Assembly: GCA_027450205.1 (NCBI GenBank)
Contig: DAIDJL010000002.1
Span: forward strand, 93,758 to 157,757
DNA length: 64,000 nucleotides
Origin: Candidatus Parcubacteria bacterium
Lineage (GTDB): Bacteria; Patescibacteriota; Minisyncoccia; UBA6257; 2-01-FULL-56-20
Direction: 5' to 3'
Under the pieces are notes generated by a model. The model made no database searches, was not told the origin of the DNA, and worked only from the letters and a program-made list of their open reading frames with translations. Position numbers and translations under genes: made by a program. Shown here one piece after another: positions 50,677 through 60,156 of the stretch (its first letter is position 1; each line of letters begins with the position of its first letter).

Positions 50677-51267
50677 TTATTGCTGAACGGCCGGAGCCTC
50701 TTCCGTCACTTTTTGCACATTCGCCCGTTTCAATAATTCCGCCTGCATCCATTCCGCCAGATCCTTATCGAGCGCAGGAAGAATTCCCTCCGATTCATCG
50801 TCCCCCGGCTTTTCGTCCTCGTGGCCGGCGGTCAGGATGACGATGCGGCTGAGGCCGAGCATCTGGAACGAAATATCGCGCCGGATGTCCACATCCTGGA
50901 TCTGCCGGTACGGTATTGCCACCTCCTCTTTGTTCAAAATGCCGCGTTTTATTTTTAACGAATCGCCGCCAAGACAATACTTGTAGTTCTTATAAATAAG
51001 CCACGTGATGAGCCATGTGAATATGAGCGCTATAACAAACAATGCGAAACTGATCACCGTCGCAAGCGCCGCATAGTGCGCGAGGTCGCCGACCGGCGTC
51101 GCGGCAAGGAATGGCTGCTGCTCCAGCACAAAAAGCGCGATCGTAAGCAGGAGCAAAATGAATGCCGCATGCACACGCTCAAGAAAGAATATCCAGAACG
51201 TCTTCTTCCCCATGGTGTGGTATACCTCTTCAGGAATACCGGGGTGGGTTATCGGGGTCTCATCCAT
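50677..51267 (-). CDS. Bacterial PH domain (bPH_2/YdbS-like) membrane protein
   Basis: Two TM helices then YRQIQDVDIRRDISFQMLGLSRIVILTAG. Confidence 0.6.
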   Translation of the reverse strand: MDETPITHPGIPEEVYHTMGKKTFWIFFLERVHAAFILLLLTIALFVLEQQPFLAATPVGDLAHYAALATVISFALFVIALIFTWLITWLIYKNYKYCLGGDSLKIKRGILNKEEVAIPYRQIQDVDIRRDISFQMLGLSRIVILTAGHEDEKPGDDESEGILPALDKDLAEWMQAELLKRANVQKVTEEAPAVQQ

Positions 51268-51319
51268 CGCTGTAGGGCTGTTTTGATTATTCTACCACAG
51301 CTGATATAATGGAGGCATA

Positions 51320-51823
51320 ATCAAGCCCCGTATCAACAATCAAATAACCGCACCCGAGCTCCGCGTCATCGGCGAAGAAGGAGAAAATCTTGGCGTCATG
51401 ACGCGTGCCGACGCGCTCGCGCTCGCCCGCCCGGACGACGGCATTGACCTCATAGAGATCTCGGCGGCCGCAAAACCCCCCGTCGTACGCCTTATGAGCT
51501 ATGACAAGTTCCGTTACGAAGAAGAGAAGCGGGTAAAAAAGGAGCGTGCCGCACAAAAGACTGCGGCGATGAAGGCGGTCCAGATCACGGCCAAGGCTGC
51601 ACACAACGATCTTATGGTAAAGGTAAAGCAGGTGGAAAAATTCTTTGCCCAGGGCCATCCCGTGGAGATCGTCATGCGCCTGCGCGGCCGCGAAAAACGC
51701 AACAAGGACTGGGCAATGGAAAAGCTTAAAGAATTTTTAACCCTGATCCCGGTGGAATACAAGAAGCTCAACGAGCCGAAGTTTTTGGGTAACGGCCCGG
51801 CAGTGCAGATCGCAAAGAAATAA
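51320..51823 (+). CDS. infC: Translation initiation factor IF-3, non-AUG start (ATC at 51320 or ATA at 51317)
   Basis: The in-frame TGA at 51302 leaves no ATG/GTG/TTG upstream of the conserved N-terminus. GGAGG lies at 51311-51315. Translation IKPRINNQITAPELRVIGEEGENLGVM... aligns with the IF3 N domain. Confidence 0.8.
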   Translation: MKPRINNQITAPELRVIGEEGENLGVMTRADALALARPDDGIDLIEISAAAKPPVVRLMSYDKFRYEEEKRVKKERAAQKTAAMKAVQITAKAAHNDLMVKVKQVEKFFAQGHPVEIVMRLRGREKRNKDWAMEKLKEFLTLIPVEYKKLNEPKFLGNGPAVQIAKK

Positions 51824-51826
51824 AAA

Positions 51827-52234
51827 ATGAACGAAAATCCTGAAAAGCGCGAGGAACAATTCAGCCAGGAGCAGCAGGAGGTGATCGACGAGTGGATGGG
51901 TAAATATGCCACGGAAGAAATCCCGCCCGAAAAACGCAGGGAGTGCGGTCCCGAAATAGAGGAGCTCGAAGGCATGTTTGAAAACTTTGAGCAGGCCCAT
52001 GATCTCGCGGCGTTGCATGCCATTACCAACCTTACGCCCGAAGAAGCGCCTCATCATCCGGTGCGAGAACCCGCCAAGCAAGCGCTGAATCCGATCTATA
52101 AGAAATTATGCGTTATCAAAGATGAAACGAATATCTCTGGTGAAAAATATACAGAGCTAAAAGCAAAGTGGAAGCGCCTATCGCAGGCCGTAGGAATGAT
52201 AAACAATAGTATTGTTGACCACTCGGAAAGATAA
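51827..52234 (+). CDS. Hypothetical acidic protein inserted between infC and rpmI
   Basis: 135 aa, Glu-rich; no family recognised. Confidence 0.4.
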   Translation: MNENPEKREEQFSQEQQEVIDEWMGKYATEEIPPEKRRECGPEIEELEGMFENFEQAHDLAALHAITNLTPEEAPHHPVREPAKQALNPIYKKLCVIKDETNISGEKYTELKAKWKRLSQAVGMINNSIVDHSER

Positions 52235-52348
52235 AAACTTTTTGTATTAGTAACTCCCATTGGCACGGGTTCCGGGCCAACTCTTGCCATATATAAAAAG
52301 ATATAGTAAGCTTACTGTCATTGAGCCGAGGGGGCTCACATCTATATT

Positions 52349-52528
52349 ATGCCTTCCAAGAGCTTCTCAAAGAGAATAAAGATCACAAAAAACGGAAAGA
52401 TCGTCCGCCGAAGGATGGGGGTTGGCCATTTCCGCACCCGGAAAAACAAGAAGATGAACCGGGACGCCGGCAAGAGCCGCGGCCTCGATATGTCACTGAA
52501 GACATTAAAGGAGTATTAAAAAGTAATA
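52349..52528 (+). CDS. rpmI: 50S ribosomal protein L35
   Basis: MPSKSFSKRIKITKNGKIVRRRMGVGHFRTRKNKKM ...; 59 aa; missed by the ORF track (under 60 aa). Confidence 0.85.
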
Positions 52529-52546
52529 TCGTAACTCACCAAAGCC

Positions 52547-52897
52547 ATGCCACGCGTAAAAAGAGGGACCATTGCCAATAAGCGCCGCCGCAACGTCCTT
52601 AAGCACGCCAAAGGGTTCAAATGGGGACGCAAGTCAAAGGAGCGCGCCGCCAAAGAGGCGCTGCTTCACGCCTGGTCGCACGCCTTCCGCGGGCGCAAGG
52701 AAAAGAAGCGGACCTTCCGCCAGCTTTGGACCGTCAAGATCAATGCCGCTATCCGCCCCGAAGGGATGAACTACAGCACATTCATCGCGGCCCTCAAGAA
52801 AGCAGGGATTGCGATCGACCGCAAGATCCTCGCAGATCTCGCCGAACACGAACCGGAAGCGTTCAAGAAGGTGGTGGCCGCAGCGAAAACGAAATAG
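52547..52897 (+). CDS. rplT: 50S ribosomal protein L20
   Basis: [24 protein letters not shown] ... 116 aa. Confidence 0.9.
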   Translation: MPRVKRGTIANKRRRNVLKHAKGFKWGRKSKERAAKEALLHAWSHAFRGRKEKKRTFRQLWTVKINAAIRPEGMNYSTFIAALKKAGIAIDRKILADLAEHEPEAFKKVVAAAKTK

Positions 52898-52907
52898 AAT
52901 AAATAAA

Positions 52908-52932
52908 AACCTCCGATATCGGAGGTTTTTAT
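52908..52932 (+). terminator. Rho-independent terminator after rplT
   Basis: Palindrome acctccgat/atcggaggt followed by ttttt. Confidence 0.6.
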
Positions 52933-52973
52933 TTATATACCCGCGGATTCGGCGATGCCCGAACGCGCAAAGC

Positions 52974-53534
52974 CTATTGATGATTTTTCACTTCTTTTAC
53001 GGAAGAACCCTGAGGTGCGTGCGGCGCCGGAGCCGGGGCGCCCGCCTTTGGCGCCGCCCGTTTGTGCGGCTTCAGATAGTCGCTCGCCTGCTTTAACACC
53101 TTGCGCGTGTCACCGTATTTCTTTCCGATCACATTCAACGCATCATGATAGAGGAACCATCCATACCCGCTATGTTCGCGCGGAATGATCTGAATCTCCG
53201 CCTTATGCGTCTCCGCAAGAAAAAGAATGACCGTGTCGTAGATGCCCTGGTTGCCGATCTTGAAATAGAAACGTTCATACGCGCGGAAATTCGGCAACAT
53301 GCGCAGCTCCGTCTTTTTTATTCCTGTCTCTTCCTCCAGTTCTCGCAGTGCGGTATCGATGCTCCGTTCTCCCGGCTTAAAGTGGCCTTTTGGAAAATTC
53401 CAATAGTTTCCGCGGCGATAGAGCAGTAAAAACTTTATTCCGTCGGACGTTTTCCGGTATACCACGAAGCCCGCCACGACCTGTTTTTTTGTGGGGATAC
53501 GCTTTGATTCGTCGATTTCGCGCGGTGATGGCAT
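52974..53534 (-). CDS. NUDIX hydrolase
   Basis: Nudix box GHFKPGERSIDTALRELEEETGI. Confidence 0.8.
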   Translation of the reverse strand: MPSPREIDESKRIPTKKQVVAGFVVYRKTSDGIKFLLLYRRGNYWNFPKGHFKPGERSIDTALRELEEETGIKKTELRMLPNFRAYERFYFKIGNQGIYDTVILFLAETHKAEIQIIPREHSGYGWFLYHDALNVIGKKYGDTRKVLKQASDYLKPHKRAAPKAGAPAPAPHAPQGSSVKEVKNHQ

Positions 53535-53591
53535 GGGGATAGTTTAGCATAATTATTAAAAATATGTTATAATGTCCGCAGGAGGTGGAGT

Positions 53592-54014
53592 GTGGATTTC
53601 GGATATATCCTCTTATTGTCCTTTGGCCTATTCGGCCTCGTTGCATTGATCCGCAAACACAAGCTTATTACCATTGATGTGGTAAGTTCCCTCGTGGCCC
53701 GGGCCGATTTTAAGGCAAAAGGCGCGGGCGATTCCTACGTTGTCTACAATTCCGATCTCGGTTGTGACTATATCCGCCGCCAGGATGGGAAACAAACCCT
53801 TATGTTCAAAGCGGCGTTCTATCGCGGAAAACTGGAGGCGGAGTTCGATAGCGACGGGAAGCTTATCTTGTGGAAAGACAAAAAGGGGCCCAAAAAACGA
53901 ACCATCCCCATTCGGGACTGCTACCACCATGAAGTGTGGCTTCTGGAAAATGTTCTGGGAACGATCCAAAACAGGATCCTTTTAATGGAAGATCGGGGCG
54001 CTCGCACGGCATGA
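53592..54014 (+). CDS. Hypothetical membrane-anchored protein (GTG start)
   Basis: AGGAGGTGG SD; N-terminal TM helix; 140 aa. Confidence 0.4.
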   Translation: MDFGYILLLSFGLFGLVALIRKHKLITIDVVSSLVARADFKAKGAGDSYVVYNSDLGCDYIRRQDGKQTLMFKAAFYRGKLEAEFDSDGKLILWKDKKGPKKRTIPIRDCYHHEVWLLENVLGTIQNRILLMEDRGARTA

Positions 54015-54025
54015 GCGCCCTATTT

Positions 54026-55810
54026 TTATTTATTTTTAAGAAAGCCCAGCATCTTCGCAAGGGGCCAGGCGTTGATAATATCTTTACGCTCAGCCCAGCC
54101 GCGGCGAGCCTGGGCAATGCCGCACTCAAGGAAGGCAAAGTGCGCCGCGGCGTGCGCGTCGGAATCAATGGACATTTTGACCCCGGCCTCCACGCACTTG
54201 CGGATATATTCATCTTTGAGATCGCTGCGCTCGGGAAGCGCATCGATCTCCAAAATGGTCCCCGTCATTTTCGCGGCCGCGATGATCTCATCTATATCTA
54301 TATCGTATGGCGCGCGCTTATTGATGAGCCGCCCCGTCGGATGAAAGAAAATATCCACGTTCGGATTTGATATGGCGCGCTTCACGCGACTGGTCTGTTC
54401 CGCGCGCGGAAGGTTGAAGAACGAATGCACCGATACGCCGACGACGTCGAGCTTTGAAAGCGTCTCATTGTCGAGGTCAAGCGTGCCATCCCTTAAAATA
54501 TCGCACTCGGTGCCTTTCAGTATTTTTATTTTTCCGGCCAGCTTTTTATTCACCGCGTCGATCTCCTTCCATTGCTCGCGGATGCGCTTCTCGTCCAGGC
54601 CATGCGTCATTGCAAGACGCTTGGTATGATCGGTAATGACGATATATTCCAGTCCGCGCTTCATTGCGGCACGCGCCATCACCGCTATGGAATCGGCGCC
54701 GTCGGTCCAGTCGGTCTGCACCTGAAGATCGCCGTGCAGATCATCATAGCCGATCAATTTCGGTAAACCGCGCGCACCGCCTGATATTTTCTTCTCAAAT
54801 TCCCGCGCCGCCGCCTCCACCTCGCCCGTGTTCTCGCGAAGCTCCGGCTCGGGATACGCCATGCGAAGCACTTTATATACCTCCTCTTCCGTCCTGCCCG
54901 CCACGCGCACGCCGGTCTTCTCGCCCTTTTTGTTCACCTTAAAAAGGCCATATTCATTGAGCGTCAACCCCAGTTTGTTGGCGCGCGCACGGATGACGAC
55001 GTTGTGCTCTTTCGATCCGGTGAAATAATTGAGTGCCGCGCCGTACGATTCCTTTGGCACCACGCGCAGGTCAATATTCAATCCGGGCTTGACCTTTATG
55101 GACGACTTTGTGGCGCCATGCGCGATGACCGTCATGATGCCGGGTGTTTTGGAAACAAATTCATCCATGACGACCTTCGGTCTGGACGAGACCGCAAGAA
55201 TATCCAGGTCCCCCATCGTATCCTTGCGGCGACGCGCCGATCCTGCAATGGTCACGCGCTCCACGCCGGCAACAGCCGCAAGCCGGGCTTCGATCTCGCG
55301 GATCTGCGGCAGCATGAGGCCGGTGATGAACCGCGATCCCGAGCCGCGTGCGAACTCGATGCCTTTCAGGATCTTCTCCTCGCTCTTTTTGCCAAAACCC
55401 TCCAGCGCGCCGATCTTCCCCTGCCTTGCCGCCGCTTCAAGCTCTTTTAAGTTGCGCACGCCGAGCTCTTTATATAATTTCTGGATAGATTTGGGACCGA
55501 GTCCCTCCACGCGCGCGAGTTCATCCAGGCGCACGGGCGTCGCCTTCTTCAGTTTTTCGTATTCCGTGCTGCGCCCCTTCGTTACGAGCTCCTCTATGAT
55601 TTCCGCGATGGACCGGCCCACGGCGGGGATCTCCCTGAGCGCCTTCACGCCGCCCCTGGCATATATTGCCGACGCCTCCTCCTCGAGTGCGCCCACCGTC
55701 TCTGCCGCCTTCTCGAACGCGCGCGGCTTGAACTGCACATGCTGCATCGCCAAATATTCGCCGATCTGGCGCAAGATCTCGGCGATAGACTGGTTGTTCA
55801 TGTCTGCCAT
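54026..55810 (-). CDS. polX: DNA polymerase X family protein with C-terminal PHP domain
   Basis: HhH and pol-beta nucleotidyltransferase (GSARRRKDTMGDLDIL) followed by PHP (HTKRLAMTHG ... HPTG ... DSDAH); start at MADMNNQ. Confidence 0.8.
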   Translation of the reverse strand: MADMNNQSIAEILRQIGEYLAMQHVQFKPRAFEKAAETVGALEEEASAIYARGGVKALREIPAVGRSIAEIIEELVTKGRSTEYEKLKKATPVRLDELARVEGLGPKSIQKLYKELGVRNLKELEAAARQGKIGALEGFGKKSEEKILKGIEFARGSGSRFITGLMLPQIREIEARLAAVAGVERVTIAGSARRRKDTMGDLDILAVSSRPKVVMDEFVSKTPGIMTVIAHGATKSSIKVKPGLNIDLRVVPKESYGAALNYFTGSKEHNVVIRARANKLGLTLNEYGLFKVNKKGEKTGVRVAGRTEEEVYKVLRMAYPEPELRENTGEVEAAAREFEKKISGGARGLPKLIGYDDLHGDLQVQTDWTDGADSIAVMARAAMKRGLEYIVITDHTKRLAMTHGLDEKRIREQWKEIDAVNKKLAGKIKILKGTECDILRDGTLDLDNETLSKLDVVGVSVHSFFNLPRAEQTSRVKRAISNPNVDIFFHPTGRLINKRAPYDIDIDEIIAAAKMTGTILEIDALPERSDLKDEYIRKCVEAGVKMSIDSDAHAAAHFAFLECGIAQARRGWAERKDIINAWPLAKMLGFLKNK

Positions 55811-55856
55811 ACATAAATAGTACCACTCGGCGGACGGATGCGGATGTTTTTGCCAT

Positions 55857-56534
55857 TCACGCCACCGTATCTCCCGGCTTCCGCTCGACCGCCGTCTCGG
55901 CGGCATTCACCGCCGCGCGCGTGGACGTGGTCGGCTTCGGCAGGATCAGGTCCGGCACCGCAAGCAGCACGAACGCAGCGATGAACGCCATGATGCCGGC
56001 GCCCACGAAGACCACGCTGTAGCCGAGCGTGTCGGCGATGACGCCGCCGAGGAATCCCGTGACGCCCGCGCCGATCCCGCTCACCGACGAATCGAGCGAC
56101 CAGTCGAGGGAGATGGCGTCCTTGTCCAGGTGCCGCGAATAGATCGTCGGCCACGATGCGTAGTAGAACGCGAAAGCGATCGCCTGGATGGCATGGATCG
56201 CATAGAGTTCCCACACCTGCCTGACCCAGACCATTGCGATCGCCGAGATGCCCACAAGCAGGAGCCCGCCGACGAGCGCCATGAAATCGTCGTGTTCGCC
56301 GGGAATGCGGTCGAGCATGCTCGCGATCGGGATCTGCGCGACCGAACGGATGATCCAATAGATCGCCGCCGCGATGCCGACGACCGTCAGCGTCCCCCCG
56401 ACGACGCGCTGGATGATGAACACCGAGAACACCGGATCGATGAGCCCCCATCCGGCGAGCAAAAAGAAATCCGAGATGACAAAATATTTCACCACCCGCC
56501 CGACTTTTACATTGATGTTTACCTTGATACGCAT
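55857..56534 (-). CDS. MFS-like half-size transporter (6 TM) or truncated MFS gene
   Basis: PIASMLDRIPG MFS motif A-like sequence; about 6 TM helices only; 225 aa. Confidence 0.45.
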   Translation of the reverse strand: MRIKVNINVKVGRVVKYFVISDFFLLAGWGLIDPVFSVFIIQRVVGGTLTVVGIAAAIYWIIRSVAQIPIASMLDRIPGEHDDFMALVGGLLLVGISAIAMVWVRQVWELYAIHAIQAIAFAFYYASWPTIYSRHLDKDAISLDWSLDSSVSGIGAGVTGFLGGVIADTLGYSVVFVGAGIMAFIAAFVLLAVPDLILPKPTTSTRAAVNAAETAVERKPGDTVA

Positions 56535-56548
56535 GTCTGTCCTATATA

Positions 56549-59056
56549 TTATTGGCTTACAAAATCGAACGCCCCATCTTTGACCACGCACTGGATCTTC
56601 GACCCCTTCACGATCTTTTTCGCAAGTAGCGCCTCGGAGAGCGGCGCGCGGATGTATTCGTCGATCGCGCGCCGGAGCGGCCGCGCGCCGTACTGCGGGT
56701 CGTAGCCAAGCTTGGCGATGCGCGTGATCGCCTCGGTGCTGAATGAAAGCACGACGCCCTGCGCCCTCAGCGCAGTAACAAGCTCATTCACGTTGATCTG
56801 CGCGATCTGCGGAAGCTCGCTCATTTCCAGATTCTTGAACACGATTATCTTGGAAAATCGGTTAAGCAGTTCCGGCTTGAGCACGTCCACCAGCCGCGCC
56901 TTCAGATATTCGGCCACATCAGCCATTTTTTCACCTTTCACAAGGGCCTCGTTGATGATGTCCGAATGCGCGTTGGATGTGGCAATGATGATCGTGTTCG
57001 TAAAATCCACGACATGCCCCACGTTGTCGGTAAGCCGCCCGTCGTCGAGCACCTGCAGGAAGAGGTTCAAAATATCCGGGAATGCTTTTTCAAACTCATC
57101 AAGGAGCACCAGGCTGTACGGCTTCTCGCGGATCGCATCGGTGAGCGCGCCACGCACCGTGCCGTCCGGCGACCCGATAAAGCGGTAGAAGCTCGTCTTG
57201 TCCTGGTATTCCGTCATATCGAAACGCACCATCATTTTTTCCGAGCCGAACTGGATCGCCGCAAGCTGTTTTGCAAGCTCCGTCTTCCCCACGCCGGTCG
57301 GCCCCACAAACAAAAAGCTTGCGATCGGACCGCCTCTCCGCGTCAGTCCACTGCGATATTCGCGCAACGCCTGCGCCACCGCCTTGACCGCCTCATCCTG
57401 CCCAATGATGTGATCGTGTATCAGCTCTTCCATGTGCAGCAACTTCTCCGCTTCGTCGCCTTCCGCCTCATGCATCGGGATGTTCACTTTTTCTTCGGCG
57501 ACAGCCGTCACGCGGTCGGGAGTGACCGCCTTCTCGCCCCGACGCTCTGCGTCCACGATCGCGCTTTTCAACAATTCTTCGGCGCTTGAGGGAAGGAATT
57601 TGCCATGGAGGTACTTCTTGGCAAGCAGCACCGCGCGCTTGATCGCGCCAAAGCTCACTGCGATCCGGGACTGCCGTTCAAGCAAAAAACTTTCGTACGT
57701 CAACACTTTTTCCGCATCCGCTTCCGAGATCTCATTCACCATGATGGGTTCGAACATGCCGGCGAAATCACTGCGCGGTTCGATGAATTCCTTGAACTCC
57801 TTCGGGTACGAACTGCCGATGACCGGAAATTGGTTGGAAGTGATGACGGGCATCAGCGCGTCGGCGGCCGAAAGGTATGCGGCTCCGGAGGTGCGTACCA
57901 GGTTGTGGATGTCGGGGATGTAAAGAATGATGTTCCCCGCCGTGACGATCTCGTCCACGACCGCCTTGATGCGCGCGTTCAATTCTTCCGGCGGCGCGCC
58001 GGCGATCAGGCTCTGCAGTTGAAGCCCCACGAGCCGCCGGTCAAAGAGCCCCTGCGGCACGTCGTCCTTTACCAACCGGAATGCCAGATGGCGGACGATG
58101 GACTCCTTGCCGATCCCCGCCTCTCCTATGAGCAGCGCATTCGGTTCCACCGGCCGCGCGAGCGTCTCCACCAGCCGCTCATATTCCGCCTCGTGGCCGA
58201 TGAGGAATCCCGACTCGCGATCGCGCGCCATATCGGTGAAATCCATGCCGTAGTTATCGAGTGTCGGCGTCGGCCGCGACGTCCACGCGCGGTTCATGAT
58301 GCGATGCTGAACGACATGATGCGTTTCCGGCGCAAAACCCCCAAGCACGGACGGCAGGCGCCCGAACAGTCCGTCCCGCCCGGCGAGCGCGCTGAAAATA
58401 AGCGCGCGCTCAAGATCGCCTTCCTCTATATTGAACAGCGAGAACAACCGGTCGAGCGATTCGTTTCCCATGCCCGGGAGCGCCGAGAAAAGGTCGGCGG
58501 GCTTGATGAAATCATGGCCGGCGCTCGTCGCCGAAGCGAACGCCCGCACCGAAAGCGGCTCCACGAGCGATGCATAATTTTCCGGCGGGCCGGCCTCTTC
58601 CATCAACGCCTCCAGTTTTGCCTTGAACTCCTCTGGCTTCACATCCAGACGCCGGAGACCGTCCACGACCTGCGGCAGCTCGAAAAGTCGGCTCGTAAGT
58701 TCCAAAAGAAAGCTTTTCCCCATGATGACGCTGCGATCCACCGCACGCTCGATCACGGCAAAGGATGCCCGGTCCATTACCGTCGCAAGGTTCACTCGCC
58801 CCGCCGCAGGCAGCTCGGAGATCGGCGTGTCACCTTCACCGCGATGGATCAAAAGATCGATTACTATAAGCGATAGAAAAAGCCCGATATAAAAAAGCGT
58901 CCGGATGTCATACGAAAGCAAGAACATGAACATCGCCACGACAAGCACCAGAGAAAAAATATAACTCACCACGCGGACGAGCGAACGTCCTGCGATCGTC
59001 ATGCGCAGACGCGGGTCATCGAAATAAAATTCGCGCTTAGAAATATTTTGCGGCAT
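56549..59056 (-). CDS. Clp/Hsp100-family AAA+ ATPase (ClpC/ClpB-like) with two N-terminal TM helices and a degenerate first nucleotide-binding domain
   Basis: Clp_N-like repeats; NBD1 Walker A reads GEAGIGKES and Walker B reads IPDIHN (both non-canonical). NBD2 is canonical: GPTGVGKTE and LLDEFEKA, with sensor and arginine motifs. Start at MPQNISK. Confidence 0.8.
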   Translation of the reverse strand: MPQNISKREFYFDDPRLRMTIAGRSLVRVVSYIFSLVLVVAMFMFLLSYDIRTLFYIGLFLSLIVIDLLIHRGEGDTPISELPAAGRVNLATVMDRASFAVIERAVDRSVIMGKSFLLELTSRLFELPQVVDGLRRLDVKPEEFKAKLEALMEEAGPPENYASLVEPLSVRAFASATSAGHDFIKPADLFSALPGMGNESLDRLFSLFNIEEGDLERALIFSALAGRDGLFGRLPSVLGGFAPETHHVVQHRIMNRAWTSRPTPTLDNYGMDFTDMARDRESGFLIGHEAEYERLVETLARPVEPNALLIGEAGIGKESIVRHLAFRLVKDDVPQGLFDRRLVGLQLQSLIAGAPPEELNARIKAVVDEIVTAGNIILYIPDIHNLVRTSGAAYLSAADALMPVITSNQFPVIGSSYPKEFKEFIEPRSDFAGMFEPIMVNEISEADAEKVLTYESFLLERQSRIAVSFGAIKRAVLLAKKYLHGKFLPSSAEELLKSAIVDAERRGEKAVTPDRVTAVAEEKVNIPMHEAEGDEAEKLLHMEELIHDHIIGQDEAVKAVAQALREYRSGLTRRGGPIASFLFVGPTGVGKTELAKQLAAIQFGSEKMMVRFDMTEYQDKTSFYRFIGSPDGTVRGALTDAIREKPYSLVLLDEFEKAFPDILNLFLQVLDDGRLTDNVGHVVDFTNTIIIATSNAHSDIINEALVKGEKMADVAEYLKARLVDVLKPELLNRFSKIIVFKNLEMSELPQIAQINVNELVTALRAQGVVLSFSTEAITRIAKLGYDPQYGARPLRRAIDEYIRAPLSEALLAKKIVKGSKIQCVVKDGAFDFVSQ

Positions 59057-59384
59057 AGATAAGGATGACCGCCGGAATGGCAAGCCAGATAAGGTAAACG
59101 ATCGCGAACACGAACGCAAGGACAAGATAGAACACGCCGCCGATGACGATCCGCGCCGACCGGAACACAATTCCCAAAATCCTCCCGATGATGCTGTAAT
59201 CCTTATAGAGCGGCTCGAAAAAATGTCGCAGCGTGATAGCGAGCGCGAACGACCGGTCTGCTGCCGTCATGGTGGCCATAAAACGCCGCCCGATATCGCG
59301 CGAACCATCCACATACCAATGATGAAAAAAATCTAAGAACCGGTAAAGCAAACGGCGCGTAAGGTATACCACGGAAAAATCCAT
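59037..59384 (-). CDS. Hypothetical small membrane protein, overlapping the start of the Clp ATPase gene (probable operon partner)
   Basis: 115 aa with two C-terminal TM helices; 20-nt overlap with the downstream Clp ATPase gene. Confidence 0.4.
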   Translation of the reverse strand: MDFSVVYLTRRLLYRFLDFFHHWYVDGSRDIGRRFMATMTAADRSFALAITLRHFFEPLYKDYSIIGRILGIVFRSARIVIGGVFYLVLAFVFAIVYLIWLAIPAVILIYAAKYF

Positions 59385-59429
59385 ATCATAATGATACCAT
59401 CCGAGCGCCGCCCGGCGCCAAGCATAAGG

Positions 59430-60092
59430 CTAAAAGAGGCCCGCTTGTTCCGTCTTTTCCGGATCGGTTTTTTTGGATTCGCGGGCTGCCGGAAGCCCGG
59501 AGGCGAACGCGGGCGGCATCTCTATTTTGAATTCGCCCGCTAGCACGCTCGGGATCTTTTTAAAATCGCCGCGGAGCGTCTCCATCATTTGAGTGGAACG
59601 GAGCGCCGCGGCGGGGTGATATACCGGGAAGATAATACGGCCGTCAATACTGAGCGGCCGGCCGTGGTCGCGGGTGATCTTTGCCTCCGGCAAAAAATAG
59701 TTCATTGAAAACCGCCCGAGCGTCACAATGAGATCCGGATCGATCACTTCGATCTGGCGCGTGAGGTACGGCTTATATGCTTCAATCTCCGCGGGCAGCG
59801 GATCGCGATTCTCGGGCGGGCGGCGCTTGACGATGTTCGTAATATACGTTTCTTCGCGCTTCCAACCAAGATCGCGGATCATATTGTCCAAAAGCTGTCC
59901 GCCGCGCCCAACGAACGGCCGGCGCAGGCGGTCTTCGTTCACGCCCGGCGCCTCGCCGATGAACATCACCCTACAATCCACGTCCCCTTCGCCAAACACA
60001 AGATTCGCCTCGGCGCGCAACGGCAGCTTCACATTGGCCGCCATCTCCGCCTCGATCTTTTTTAGCTCCGCGATCTTGTCCGCTTTATCCAT
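59430..60092 (-). CDS. Uracil-DNA glycosylase, family 4
   Basis: GEAPG ... FPVYHPAA motifs; 220 aa. Confidence 0.85.
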   Translation of the reverse strand: MDKADKIAELKKIEAEMAANVKLPLRAEANLVFGEGDVDCRVMFIGEAPGVNEDRLRRPFVGRGGQLLDNMIRDLGWKREETYITNIVKRRPPENRDPLPAEIEAYKPYLTRQIEVIDPDLIVTLGRFSMNYFLPEAKITRDHGRPLSIDGRIIFPVYHPAAALRSTQMMETLRGDFKKIPSVLAGEFKIEMPPAFASGLPAARESKKTDPEKTEQAGLF

Positions 60093-60156
60093 ATGAACAG
60101 ATTATAGCGCAATAAAAAACGGGCGTCGGAACGCCCGTCTTTAATCCGCCCCCCCC

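Noticed and set aside
55798-56705. ORFs 55798..56451 and 56130..56705 opposite the MFS-like gene
   Set aside because: Antisense to the membrane-protein ORF; extremely Arg/Gly/Asp-rich.
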